A stretch of DNA of 64,000 bases from a virus. Lineage: Duplodnaviria > Caudoviricetes. Positions 22,466 to 33,194 of the stretch are shown here, piece after piece. Each line of letters begins with the position of its first letter. Position 1 is the stretch's first letter. The stretch covers positions 32,083-96,082 of the IMG/VR virus record IMGVR_UViG_2839242338_000001, one strand, 5' to 3'. The notes under the pieces were generated by a model that saw nothing but the letters and a program-made list of their open reading frames with translations, ran no database searches and was not told the origin of the DNA. The position numbers and the translations under genes are program-made.

Positions 22466-23093
22466 GATTCGGGAATAAACCGCACGACGTAGCGCACATA
22501 ATTTTTGGGTCTTGGAATGTTGACATACACGCCCTGCACATTATTGCCCGCAGTGGTATTGCCACCGGTCGCGTAAAAAATGCGGATGCGCGGATCGAGT
22601 GGCCAGTTACTGACGAATTCGACGTGACTCCAGATTCGATACGTCACCACATCGCCCGCGATCGCGCTGGTACTGGGTGGCAGCTGGAGCTTTTTCATGG
22701 CGTTGAAGCTGGCAACCGCTGCCAGATTTGACCCTTCGGCGTAGAAATACCACACGTTTTGAGTACCCACCCCACGAAAGCACCACACCAGGGTTTTGCA
22801 CCGGCGCCGACCCGCTCGGGATGCGGCCAACCGATTGATTTGAAGTAGACATCGATTTGTGGATGATCATTCCGGTTCGATTTCTCCTTCACATAGACCT
22901 GCGAAGCCGCCGTTTCGAGTAAACAGAGCCGCTTTCGATTCAGAGAATCTACGCGTACAGAGCCTGGTAAAAGCTGGCAAACAGCTGCATGAACATAAAA
23001 AACAGGCCAAATAAACAGGCTAAGACTACCCAGGCGGGCGCTTCGTTGAGTAAGGAGTCCAGCGAACGCTCGGAGTCGATTCGATTGTGCCAT
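22462..23093 (-). CDS. CHAP-type endolysin (frameshift in a G/C run near 22733)
   Basis: PWCGAFVGW catalytic Cys, GDVV, SHVEFV catalytic His, GGNT. Confidence 0.8.
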
Positions 23094-23764
23094 ATACGAT
23101 AGAATTGAGGGAATGCAACACGGATAAAAAAGACCGCCACCAGGAATGTCAGGAAGGTGAGCGTGAAGGACAGCAGCGCACGAATGGGTGCATTCTTCAT
23201 CATACTCTGCCCGATGGCATTCATGGGGTCGGCTTCGAGAGGAGCCCCGAATAAATACGTCATGCCCACAAAGCCGATGAACAACCCGATAATGATCCAA
23301 ATCGCCTTATTGGTCGAAATCATCAGCAGTGGTTTTTTCTCGGAATCAGAGACCGGCAAGGACTCATTCAGGTTCAGCTCAGCGCCTAATCGAGTGGCTT
23401 CCAACTCGGCATTTTTTGCCTTCCTTAGAAAATCTTTCGCTCGCTCAGGATCACTGGTAGTACGGGCGATTTCCCGCCAATCAGCAGCATCCTCCAGCAA
23501 GCCGGCGCGGGTCTCCAGCTTTTCTTTCCGAACAGCATCCGCGACCTGCTGGGCTTTAGCCAATAACTGCTGTTTACGCTCTTGCAGGCCCTGCTCAACG
23601 GCGTCGAGTTCGGCTTGTTCGGCAGAAAGTTCCTGAACTAGATTATCAGCCGCTTCGGCGTACCGATCGCTGATCTGTGGTGCATCCGGCTTTTGCACCT
23701 TAAATGTGTTCCGGGGATTGTCTTGACGGGCTACCATCGGCTTGTTTTTATCGTCAGTTTTCAT
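22949..23764 (-). CDS. Coiled-coil + 3-TM membrane protein (holin candidate)
   Basis: Three C-terminal TM segments; directly upstream of the endolysin. Confidence 0.55.
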   Translation of the reverse strand: MKTDDKNKPMVARQDNPRNTFKVQKPDAPQISDRYAEAADNLVQELSAEQAELDAVEQGLQERKQQLLAKAQQVADAVRKEKLETRAGLLEDAADWREIARTTSDPERAKDFLRKAKNAELEATRLGAELNLNESLPVSDSEKKPLLMISTNKAIWIIIGLFIGFVGMTYLFGAPLEADPMNAIGQSMMKNAPIRALLSFTLTFLTFLVAVFFIRVAFPQFYRIWHNRIDSERSLDSLLNEAPAWVVLACLFGLFFMFMQLFASFYQALYA

Positions 23765-23793
23765 AAAAATTCATCGAATCGCCGAACCGGGGA

Positions 23794-24795
23794 TTAACGC
23801 ATGCGGAAAATGCCTTTGTAGGTCGAATTGTCGGGGAATTCGTTGGGGCCCGCAGCCTGGTAGCGGTCGCTGTTTTTATACAGCGGATATTGGTCGGCGT
23901 AGCTGGTCAGATAGCTCTTCAGTGCATTCAAACTAGCAGCCGCTTCGGTGTCGGCCTTGCTCTGGGCATCCTGCAATAGCTTGGCATCGACGGCCTTTTG
24001 GTTGTAAATCCCATCAAAATCAGACAGGATGCGCAAACCACCACCCGACGTTTGCACCACATTGAGGTAATACAGCGCGCGGGCATAGGCACAGGTGGCC
24101 GTCGCTTTACTGACGGCTTCCATCAATCGGATATCCACCGGCTGCAAGGCAGTGGTCTGGATTCGCTTGGCTTTCAAATCATCGAACTGCGCCGAACCAA
24201 TCAGGGGCTTAATCTGCTGGTTTTCGGTCATGTGCAGATAGGGAATCAGCGACAAAAACAGCCGGTAACTGCCAGCAGCCTGCGGCAAATTGTCCGTCAG
24301 CTCCGAACCCGAATAAATAAACAGGGCATTGGCACGCTTGAAGGCATCCGAAGCCGTCCAGGTTGGGTAGTTGGCCTTGGTTCGTTGCAGGAAGAGCAAG
24401 GCCGTTTCCAGTGCAGTAGCCGCATTTTCGGCACTTTCCCGCTGCCGTTTGTCCAGAACTCCGATGCGCACCGGCTGCGTTTTATCGGTGGATTGCTCCT
24501 GCAAGCCATTGTCGCCATCATTGCCCAAACTAAAGGGCAAATATTTAGTGTAGGTATAGAAGGCCAGCGCCCGTTGGAGCTTAGTGAGCAGCAACCGGTT
24601 GTTGGGCGTTAGTGCATTGGGCGCACTGCTGTTATACTGGGTGTCGAGTTCATTGAGCATCTCGTCCCCAATGGTCGGGCGGATAAACTCGTCTTCGGCC
24701 AGTTGAATAAACGGCTGAATAAAGGCGAGTGTCGTGGCTTGATTAATGGCCCGACCCAGAAATAATTTTAGATCGTCAATCGATTTGATAATCAT
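23794..24795 (-). CDS. Head-tail adaptor-like protein (DUF6712-like)
   Basis: Internally duplicated domain (IRPTIG / IKPLIG); follows the portal. Confidence 0.6.
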   Translation of the reverse strand: MIIKSIDDLKLFLGRAINQATTLAFIQPFIQLAEDEFIRPTIGDEMLNELDTQYNSSAPNALTPNNRLLLTKLQRALAFYTYTKYLPFSLGNDGDNGLQEQSTDKTQPVRIGVLDKRQRESAENAATALETALLFLQRTKANYPTWTASDAFKRANALFIYSGSELTDNLPQAAGSYRLFLSLIPYLHMTENQQIKPLIGSAQFDDLKAKRIQTTALQPVDIRLMEAVSKATATCAYARALYYLNVVQTSGGGLRILSDFDGIYNQKAVDAKLLQDAQSKADTEAAASLNALKSYLTSYADQYPLYKNSDRYQAAGPNEFPDNSTYKGIFRMR

Positions 24796-26142
24796 TTTTT
24801 GCCCGATTTGTCGGTGGTTTTAGTGTCTTTGGTCGCCTGATCGTTGCCGGTCTGCTGATCTTTACCCGCTGTATTGCCGGTAGCCGTGTTTTTCTTGCTG
24901 GAACCAGCTTTGTTCTGGTCGAGCGTTTCGAGCAGGATATTTTTGAAGCCAAAGAACACATCTTCGGGTAGGCCCAATTCACGCTTAATGGTGCGATTCC
25001 AGTAGCTTTCAATGACCTGACGCTCGCGGGGCGTGCGGTAAAACTGTTGGTATTCGGCAGATACACGCAGTTCAGAGCCAGAACCCCGAGCATCTTCCCG
25101 TCACTGACACCAGCAAGCCCACTGAGAATGCCACTGGCATTAGCGAAAGCGGTCACGGCCATTTGGTACAGCTCCGTGTACTCTTTACCGGTCAGCTTGG
25201 ATTCGACCGTTTCAAACTCAATGTAGGGTTGCATTTTGCCGTCGATACCAACCGCGCATTCGTCAAAAATGACTTTGCGTTTGCCTTCGGTACCGAACAG
25301 CAACTCGTCTACCTGCCCGTAGAATTTCTTTCGGAAGGCGTCTTTGCTCTCGTCGGTATCGCCACCAAACTTGTCAATGAATGGCTCCGCCACCCGGCAA
25401 ATTTTAGAGACATTATACTCGGTATCGAGGCCATTATTGTGAAACCCCGGCACCCGGTTAGCGAGCCGAATCCATTCCGCTGCCGCCCACCAAATGGGGA
25501 AACCGTAATAGAATTGGCCCGTTTGCTGGCGTTTGAGCTGAACCAATGTTTCGGGTGCGTTCTTGGTTTTCTGGGTCCAGGCAGGCACCGCCACTGCCTT
25601 TTTGACCATACCCAATCAGGAGCTAGTAGCCAGGTATCTACAAAGCCCTGCGTAGCCATCGCTGCCCGAACGGTCAGACTATCGCGCAATGACAGCATGA
25701 GCTTACCACCCTCCCGACTGTGGTTGATGAACGCGTTGCCCGATTCGACCAGGTAAGTCATTTGCCCGTTGGCCAATTCCTGCAAATCATTGAACTCCTC
25801 AAACGCCTTGATTTTATCGTCGGTGTAGGGCGTCATAACGGTGTCTTTCCCATCCAGACTATGCTTGAACCAGCCGACGCCAGCTCCAAACAGGAAGTCA
25901 GCGCGCGTTTGAACCAGGTTCATCACGTCGCCGTTGGATCGATACAGGTTGATCATCTCATTGGGCAGCTGGTTATTGGTGCCCCAGGGATAGATATTGT
26001 AGGATTTGCCACCAGCGGACACTGGTTTTTTAATCAATCCCTTAACCGAATTGGCATCCTGATTGCCTTCAGGAAAGGAAACCGAAGCCGATGGGCGGGC
26101 TGTGGTCATGAATGCGGCTGTGCCGAGTTGAGTCAGATTCAT
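24792..26142 (-). CDS. Portal protein (three ORF pieces; frameshifts near 25610 and 25085)
   Basis: PWGTNNQLP, FLFGAG, FYYGFPIW and (G)GSGSELR motifs. Confidence 0.8.
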
Positions 26143-26428
26143 TAGAATCGGTGGTCAATTAATTTACCATTGAATGATACCAATAGCGGGATATGCAGCT
26201 CAAAGCGATTGTCATTCTGATCAATCAGATGGAGTTTTCCGGCCTGCCGGTTCTCGTGTTTGATACTGGTCAGGTCTTTTTTGGCGACCGTCTCCCCAGC
26301 CCGACGTCGAACGCTGGTTTTACTACCGAATTCACCACTGGCTTTTCGGTAGGTCAGATCGAAATAGGGGAGTGGCCACTAAGCCCACTGGCCCGATACG
26401 CCTGAATAACTTGAGAGAGATAAATCAT
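26142..26428 (-). CDS. Small phage protein upstream of the portal, not in the ORF track (frameshift in a G/C run near 26368)
   Basis: MIYLSQVIQAYR...YFDLTYRKASGE...HIPLLVSFNGKLIDHRF with TAATG coupling to the portal start. Confidence 0.65.
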
Positions 26429-26450
26429 CCGATTTGCCCGTTTGCTGGGT

Positions 26451-26485
26451 CAATGTTCGGCTTTGCGTGGGCGTGCTGGTAGGAC
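26451..26485 (-). promoter_or_regulatory. Putative late promoter GTCCTAC-N20-GAACATTG
   Basis: caatgttc at 26451-58 and gtaggac at 26479-85. Confidence 0.65.
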
Positions 26486-26753
26486 GAAACTTTTTAGGGG
26501 GCGGTTTCCGGTCTTTTCCGGTATGGGGCTAATGGACAGATTTCACAATCAACTCATTAGCCCGAAAAGGGGGGTATTTTCTCCGGTGTGCTGAGAGTTG
26601 ACCGCCCGCGCTATAGCGAAACGGCGGTCGCCAAAATCGAAAAATAGAATATATGCCGCGCCCCAGGTATTGGTTGGGGGCGCGGGACGAGTTGGCTGGC
26701 TCGTGGGCAAAAACGAGAAATGAAATATTTAGATTCTTGGGATTCTAAGCGAG

Positions 26754-28313
26754 TTATCGAATGACAATGCCGCCTTCCCTCATGCCATTGGCTGCTACAT
26801 ACTTGGAATACTTCTTGAACAACAGATAGTCAAAGCAATCGCTCAAGTGAGTGGCAAACTCTTGCGGAAGATTCTTGTTTTGCTCTGACTTCTTGATCTT
26901 CTCATAGCTTGTGCCATCGATAGGCGCGTTCTGGAGTGAGATCAATAGCGGTTTGCATGTTGTCTCATTGATGCGAATCTTAGGCAAACGTGTGTTTGTC
27001 TCTTGCAATAGGCTGTTGATAACACGATAGCGAACATGATAAGGCGGATAGGCATCTTGAACCTTATCAATAATCGTCCAGCCTGCTTTTGTAAAGGCGG
27101 CCTTGATAATACCGAAGTAGGTCTTATTTCGACCAGCATCCTTTTTGTTGGCCCCATTATCACCGTACACATACATAACCCGCTTTTTGTGGCCCGCATA
27201 TTTAGCGATAAAATCAGCACAGAGCTTCTCCACCAGGCTCTCGGTGGCGGTCTTTACAAACAGTACATCATTAATCCGGTACTCAGAATTAAAATCCTGA
27301 GCCATGATGAGCGACGTAAATTCGGCGTTAAAATCCCAGCTCGTATCAACGGCTTTATTGGGATCATAATCAGTGCGCTCGTGCACATACAGGCGTGACA
27401 CATCATCAAACTGGTAACCATAGCCTTGACTGTAGGTATGTCGGTTTGTATCCAGAGCATGATAAAAGCCGTTGGCAATTCGGGTTAGGCGGTGATTCAG
27501 GATCTCAATATTAAAGCTCAGCTCATCACCACAGGCTTCGCGCTGATCTTCGATAAACGAACCGGGTAAAAACTCCAGATTATCGTAAGCGGTCGACTCC
27601 AGAAAAAAGTACTTCTGTGGGTTGGTCTTTTGCAGTTCTTCGGTGTTATAAATCCAGTTGCCTTGGGGGAGCCAGGGCGCAGACGTAAAATCAGCAATGA
27701 GCCAATGCAGGGGGTGGTTAAATCCTTTGCGCCCTGGGCGTGGGTCTTTATAAATATGCTTATTGGCCCGCACCGTAGGACGGAGTACCTTATTGAAAAA
27801 CGGCTCTTTAATGGTGGCCGATTCATCAATATAGAGCTGATCAAAGTTGGCACCCCGGATGGTTTCTTCTCGATCGGCACTGACGAACTGGGCCGTATAG
27901 CCATTGGCGAACACTAAACAGTTGTCATACGTCCTGATCGTATTGAGTGCCGATTTCCAGTGTTCGGGCGGACGACGGTTAATGACATAATGCCCAAAGC
28001 CGGTTTTGGTATTGTATTCATGCAACCCATGTTCCTCAAAGACACTACTGCTTTGCGACAAGATGATATCCTGAACCTGTCGGTAGGTCAGACCCGCAAT
28101 TCCAGCTTTCGCCCTGGGTAATTGAAACGCTGACTCAGCCAGCAAATGAATGAGGGTGCGGGATTTACCCGAACCACGCCCACCCTGAAACGTCATACGG
28201 AAGCCTGACTGATACGCCCGACCTTCCTTGGTAAAATCAGCCTGATTACTGGTAGCTCTCTGGTGGAACTGGAGCTGCTTGGCATTCAGACGCACAATCG
28301 CTTCCTTACTCAT
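26754..28313 (-). CDS. terL: Terminase large subunit
   Basis: GGRGSGKS Walker A, RGANFDQLYIDESA Walker B, SWDFN and THLSDCFDY nuclease motifs. Confidence 0.92.
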   Translation of the reverse strand: MSKEAIVRLNAKQLQFHQRATSNQADFTKEGRAYQSGFRMTFQGGRGSGKSRTLIHLLAESAFQLPRAKAGIAGLTYRQVQDIILSQSSSVFEEHGLHEYNTKTGFGHYVINRRPPEHWKSALNTIRTYDNCLVFANGYTAQFVSADREETIRGANFDQLYIDESATIKEPFFNKVLRPTVRANKHIYKDPRPGRKGFNHPLHWLIADFTSAPWLPQGNWIYNTEELQKTNPQKYFFLESTAYDNLEFLPGSFIEDQREACGDELSFNIEILNHRLTRIANGFYHALDTNRHTYSQGYGYQFDDVSRLYVHERTDYDPNKAVDTSWDFNAEFTSLIMAQDFNSEYRINDVLFVKTATESLVEKLCADFIAKYAGHKKRVMYVYGDNGANKKDAGRNKTYFGIIKAAFTKAGWTIIDKVQDAYPPYHVRYRVINSLLQETNTRLPKIRINETTCKPLLISLQNAPIDGTSYEKIKKSEQNKNLPQEFATHLSDCFDYLLFKKYSKYVAANGMREGGIVIR

Positions 28314-28815
28314 TGGGCAGTTCCTCCCCACCAGATAGGTTATTATTGATCGTGACGTTGTTCTGCACGTATTTCACGGTACGCGCAGGCATCAGCTCAT
28401 CAGCGGTCAATGACGACTGATCATCGTGAACTTTGCTGAGTTTGGCAATCTCCCGAGTAGCCGCAATGATGGCTTCTGCATTGCGATCCTTCACTGCCAG
28501 CGACATGGCCACGTATAGGTTTTCAATTAAAATCTTACGTGTGCCTTCCCGATCGATGTCATCGACCTTACCGTATAATTTGGTTGATTCAGCCATCAAC
28601 TGATATGCCTGTGAGTATTTTAGACCATACTCCTGCATCAGCATATTGACTACTTGTTGAGGTGAAAACAACTTACTGCGCCAGGCAAAGCATTTGCGGT
28701 ACTTATCAAGCGTTTCGTGCTCACTCGGCTTAAGTGGTATTCGATGTAATAAATGGTCTCGAAACTTGTCGAGTTTGTCAGCGACTTTATCTGCCTTTGT
28801 CAGTTCTGTACCCAT
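28306..28815 (-). CDS. Putative terminase small subunit
   Basis: Helical protein immediately upstream of and overlapping terL. Confidence 0.6.
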   Translation of the reverse strand: MGTELTKADKVADKLDKFRDHLLHRIPLKPSEHETLDKYRKCFAWRSKLFSPQQVVNMLMQEYGLKYSQAYQLMAESTKLYGKVDDIDREGTRKILIENLYVAMSLAVKDRNAEAIIAATREIAKLSKVHDDQSSLTADELMPARTVKYVQNNVTINNNLSGGEELPNE

Positions 28816-28832
28816 ATAAAAAAAGCTACAGA

Positions 28833-28867
28833 CAATGTTAGTAGGTAGCTTTTTGGGATGGTAGGAC
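28833..28867 (-). promoter_or_regulatory. Putative late promoter GTCCTAC-N20-TAACATTG
   Basis: caatgtta at 28833-40 and gtaggac at 28861-67. Confidence 0.65.
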
Positions 28868-28911
28868 AGATTTTGTAATTTGAGGCCAGTTCAACCTAAA
28901 TCCAAAATAAT

Positions 28912-29757
28912 ATGACCACTATTAGTGCGAATAGCCTTTTTCATTTTACTCCTTTAAAAGATAATTTACTTGGAATACTTGAAACGGGTTTTAGGCCAGC
29001 TTATAGTCCTGAGTTCGGCAAATCAACCAATGGTAAAGTAAATGAATGTGAAATTGCTATGGTATGTTTTTGTGACTTGCCCATTTCAAATCTGAGGAAA
29101 CATATTGGCTTAGATGGTACAAAAGGGTATGGGAAATATGGACTAGGGATGACTAAAGAATGGGGTATGACAAATAAGCTCAACCCTGTCACTTATTTTA
29201 CTAACCAATCTCATCAAATTGAGGCAGGATTAGAAGCTTCTACCAGGCTACTTAAGCTGAGCCAACATTACGATGAAGAGATGGATAAAATGACAAAAAA
29301 ATATGGCGGGCCTAAATCAACTCCTTATAGCGATGAAGAGAAAAATATGATTGCAACTTATACTTATATAAAGTCTGCTTTTGAGGCTAGTAATGTAATT
29401 ATGAACCATATGAAGCCATACCAAGACGCCATAAATGGAATAAGATATTACAATGAAAGGGAGTGGAGATTAGTTGTACCATGTAATGAAAAAAATAACT
29501 ACGAAGTCCCTGTAATTTGGCCTACCATGTTTCCCCATCAACTCTTAAAAAAACCTATATATAAAGATATAATATCGAAAAAATACATGTTAAATTTTTC
29601 CGCCATTGACGTAAAATATATAATTGTTGAAAATGACGCTGCAGTCAAAGATGTAGTAGATAAACTAGCATCACTTCCTCATAAATATTCAGAATCAGAT
29701 AGAAATCGACTAATCTCTCGAATAGTTACTTGTGAACAAATCGATGAAGATTTTTAG
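28912..29757 (+). CDS. AbiGi-family abortive-infection-related protein (moron)
   Basis: SANSLFHFT, MVCFCDLP, YGKYGLGMTKEWG..NPV.Y and YYNEREWR motifs. Confidence 0.85.
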   Translation: MTTISANSLFHFTPLKDNLLGILETGFRPAYSPEFGKSTNGKVNECEIAMVCFCDLPISNLRKHIGLDGTKGYGKYGLGMTKEWGMTNKLNPVTYFTNQSHQIEAGLEASTRLLKLSQHYDEEMDKMTKKYGGPKSTPYSDEEKNMIATYTYIKSAFEASNVIMNHMKPYQDAINGIRYYNEREWRLVVPCNEKNNYEVPVIWPTMFPHQLLKKPIYKDIISKKYMLNFSAIDVKYIIVENDAAVKDVVDKLASLPHKYSESDRNRLISRIVTCEQIDEDF

Positions 29758-29879
29758 CACTACAATCAACTCGACTTAACACAAGTAACTTACTAGAACT
29801 AATTTTTAATTGTTATTTCAAGAAGGGTTGTAATAAACCGGTTATTATCTTAGGCCTCAAATCCTTATAATTTAAAATT

Positions 29880-30326
29880 ATGGAAACAAGATTTTTTATT
29901 GGTGACTATTACCCAAGCATAGGACGCCCTTATGTAATTGTTTCAGCTTATGAAACGGGAGATGAATTATTAATGGAGCGATTTATCTTATTCAAACACC
30001 CTAATGGTGATAGTGAGATGAGTCCATTACGTATTACTCGACCTAAACTAGATTTGACTCTTGATGATTTTATTGAATCAGAAGTTAGATATACTGAGGA
30101 ATGGATATTTTATGAGATTATATTTCCACGTTATCAAACGATTGAGACAGTCTCGTATGGTAATTATAGTGTTTGTCTTAGACCAACTAATAGGGCAATT
30201 CTATTCGAGTTATTGGCGAAATTCAGTGATGAGATGAGCCAAGTTCGCAACAGTACTAAAAATACTACCTTAAAAAACATAATTGATATTTATAAATCAC
30301 AAGATAATAGAAGAACCACAGAATAG
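29880..30326 (+). CDS. Hypothetical protein (moron)
   Basis: AT-rich ORF downstream of the AbiGi-like gene. Confidence 0.6.
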   Translation: METRFFIGDYYPSIGRPYVIVSAYETGDELLMERFILFKHPNGDSEMSPLRITRPKLDLTLDDFIESEVRYTEEWIFYEIIFPRYQTIETVSYGNYSVCLRPTNRAILFELLAKFSDEMSQVRNSTKNTTLKNIIDIYKSQDNRRTTE

Positions 30327-30412
30327 AAGGCATTTGCAAATATTTATAGATAAGAGCCGCCAGGTGAGATACCCGGCGGCTATCCTGTTCAATACAACCT
30401 AAATATAAAAAC

Positions 30413-30985
30413 CTAATCAAACAGCCCAACTCCACTAGGATCACTGATCACCTTCATGGCATTCATCCTCATTTCTTTCTCACCTTCCACATAGCCCTGG
30501 TTGTCCAGTAGCGTGCCTTCGTCGAAGAAATGCGCCCATCCACGTTTTAGAGACCGCCCACGCTCGTTATGCTTATCTAGGGCAAAATCAGGAATGGGCA
30601 ATTTCTGGAACGGATGGCGGAGCCAGTGCCAGATCAGCGTCCAATCGACCATGCGCGATTTCTTACACCGACACAGAAGGAGAACAGCATGCGTCAGGAA
30701 CAAACGCTGGGGCTCGTTCTTGTCTTCTTTCTTTTTAGCCTGTTCCTGATACGAACGATATAACGCCCAGATGTTGGCAGGCATATTTGGTTCAGCTAGC
30801 CCGACGTCTTCACTGCTCATGATGCGCAAACGCTTCCAGACGTACTCGCCATAATTACTGTCATACAGCTCAACGGCCCAGTACATGGCCTGATCTTCAA
30901 GCCCACGGCGAATGCACTTTTGAAACGCACTACTACATTCAAAAAAATCATATCCCTTCTTTGTCCTTAAATCGTATTTGCTCAT
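30413..30985 (-). CDS. Stand-alone RarA/MgsA C-terminal-like domain protein (no AAA+ domain)
   Basis: SAFQKCIRRG, AMYWAVEL, WKRLRIMSSEDVGLA, KSR. Confidence 0.75.
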   Translation of the reverse strand: MSKYDLRTKKGYDFFECSSAFQKCIRRGLEDQAMYWAVELYDSNYGEYVWKRLRIMSSEDVGLAEPNMPANIWALYRSYQEQAKKKEDKNEPQRLFLTHAVLLLCRCKKSRMVDWTLIWHWLRHPFQKLPIPDFALDKHNERGRSLKRGWAHFFDEGTLLDNQGYVEGEKEMRMNAMKVISDPSGVGLFD

Positions 30986-31227
30986 TGCTCAATGGTAATT
31001 TTTCCGTTTATGACTGTTACTCGTACTGTCTGCCCGATAGAAAAACCGGCCTGACTCATCCACTGACCACCCAGGTTCAGCGAGGGCATGAAGATCAATT
31101 GCCGTCTTACATTTTTTCGGGCCATAGAACCCATCTTTCGACTTTTCGTGTACATTTGCACCGTCTGATTAAGAGTTGAACATCCTTGCTTTAGACAGAA
31201 GCCGGTAGCTCTAACTACCGGCTTCAA
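30982..31227 (-). CDS. symE: SymE-family (AbrB-fold) toxin-like protein
   Basis: PSLNLGGQWMSQAGFSIGQTVRVTVINGKITI. Confidence 0.8.
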   Translation of the reverse strand: MKPVVRATGFCLKQGCSTLNQTVQMYTKSRKMGSMARKNVRRQLIFMPSLNLGGQWMSQAGFSIGQTVRVTVINGKITIEQ

Positions 31228-31626
31228 CCGTTTAAAACAGGCTCACTTGAGCCACATTGATTTGCTTCCGGCGTAAACCGGTTCGGACATTCATCCAGGC
31301 ATCACGGACGCACTCACCAAAAATATCCACAAGCCTTTTTTCCAGAGCCGGTGCGCTTCCTGCATCACCATCTTCAGTAGGTTTTTCTTCTTGGTCATTT
31401 TCGGGTTTTCAAACTTGGTTGGCTTGCGGATATACATTACAGTGGCAGGTTAAGGGTGATTGAAATAGCCGCTACCTGATAACCAGGAAACTCGCGGTAA
31501 AAAGACTGGAGTGCTGTGAATTCACAGGCCGCTTGTACCAGGGCGGTCGCTCTAACAAGGCCCTCAGTGAAATGGATTTGATACGTGAACATCTTGCTTG
31601 CAATCAGGGGTTTATTTCTGCTGACT

Positions 31627-31670
31627 ACTCTGTAATATTCTCCCAGCAGAACGGATAGACAATGCGTCAA
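31627..31670 (-). repeat. 44-bp repeat, copy A (putative promoter/operator)
   Basis: 38/44 identical to 33195..33238. Confidence 0.8.
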
Positions 31671-31700
31671 TCTTTATAAATTTCATTCATACATCACAGC

Positions 31701-32492
31701 TTAAAACAGGCTCATTTGGCCCAGTTGAGCGGCTTTCACCATTTTCGGTGTAGGTGGGGGCAAATCAGGTTGTACTTGCTTTTTCTCCTCCCATTCGGCC
31801 TTTTCTTTTTGCCATAAGCGCCAGCTGTGGCATTCTTCTTTCCCGGTCATTGGCTCAATAGTTGGCATACCGGTCATGCTTAAACGTCGGTTAATGTGAT
31901 AGCCAAAACGCCATTCGTTAGGGTCAAGGGAGTTCATGCAAACGGCCTGACCAACGCAGCCATGCAAACACATATTGACGGCCGTCATTTTGGTGCAAAT
32001 CGGGTCCAGATCAGTGCCGAACAGAAAGTTACCCGGTGCTTTGGCATGAAATGATATCAGCATTCGGCCTGAGCCGCTACAGGGATCATTCACCAGTTGG
32101 CCTTTGCCTGTTATACTTTCATCGGCGCCCTGGATCGCAGACATAAAATCGACGACGCAGGCAGGTGTAAAAAACTGACCCAGAATCTGGCGTTTACCCT
32201 GGCTGGCCAGTACTTCGTAGAATGTCCCGAGGGCGTCGTACCAGGAGCGGTCGGTATTAATCTGTTGGTACTGCACCATCACCAGCTCACGAGTCATACG
32301 CATGAACCAATCCAGATCACCGTGTTTTTTCTTGAGTTGTTCGTAAGCACCCTGGCGAACGGGCATAAACGATTCAACCAGGAAGTCTACCCAGTCGCAG
32401 AATGAATCCGCATAATCCCACTTATAGTCTTTTTCGGAAAATAGCTTGTTAAGCGGTCGCAGCTCGTGCGGCACGTCGGTTGATTTCGGCAT
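31701..32492 (-). CDS. N6-adenine DNA methylase-like protein lacking the catalytic NPPF/Y motif
   Basis: GQFFTP, DPCSGSGRML, GTDLD; no motif IV after NSL. Confidence 0.8.
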   Translation of the reverse strand: MPKSTDVPHELRPLNKLFSEKDYKWDYADSFCDWVDFLVESFMPVRQGAYEQLKKKHGDLDWFMRMTRELVMVQYQQINTDRSWYDALGTFYEVLASQGKRQILGQFFTPACVVDFMSAIQGADESITGKGQLVNDPCSGSGRMLISFHAKAPGNFLFGTDLDPICTKMTAVNMCLHGCVGQAVCMNSLDPNEWRFGYHINRRLSMTGMPTIEPMTGKEECHSWRLWQKEKAEWEEKKQVQPDLPPPTPKMVKAAQLGQMSLF

Positions 32493-32533
32493 AGCGATAA
32501 AATGAAAAACTCCACCGATCGGCGGGGTTTGGG

Positions 32534-33168
32534 TTAGAATGGAACAGCAATTTTTGTGGTCTCAGAATCTTCGATTAGTCCGGTCAGGCTTTCGGCATAG
32601 CGTTTATTGACCTTAAAACCGAACAGGTCAAACCAGCGATTTTCCAGCTCATCCAATTGCCTTCTGTAAATTGTGCGATACTTACCGGGCTTCCAGGCGC
32701 GTACATATTCGATTAACTCATCGACTGTCACGTCACCGTTGTAATATTCGCTGATCTCCATTGCCTGCACATCGAGGTTGATGCCTTCCTTATCAAACCA
32801 GGCGTTCGACACGTCGCTCAACCAATTCTTATCGCCCCAGCGCTCAAAGTCAGCTTTGGGGAATGGGCGAAGGGCATCATTAATTGCACCTTCTTTACTG
32901 TAGTCGTTTTGATCATCACTCAACAGCATCAGGTAGATCCGGGATAACTCCAGTGGGTTCTGGCTGGTAGTACGCAGTAAATCGTCTACTTCGTGGATAT
33001 CAAAAAACTCCGGAACAGTTGTGGGGGAATAAATTGCATCGCAAACTGAAGCAGTTGCTGATGCTTGTGAGAGGTATCAATTTTGTGACCTACGTTGGTC
33101 GAGAAGCGTGCATACTCGGCTTCGGTGGCATTGGTATTGCGCTCGAAATAGGAGGTTTTACTAGACAT
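32534..33168 (-). CDS. Hypothetical protein (ORFs 32986..33168 + 32534..32929 joined across a G run near 33025)
   Basis: Continuous reading QFIPPTTVPEFFDIHEVDDLL... after a 1-nt correction. Confidence 0.55.
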
Positions 33169-33194
33169 TGTAAACAGAGTTGATTAATTGTTGA

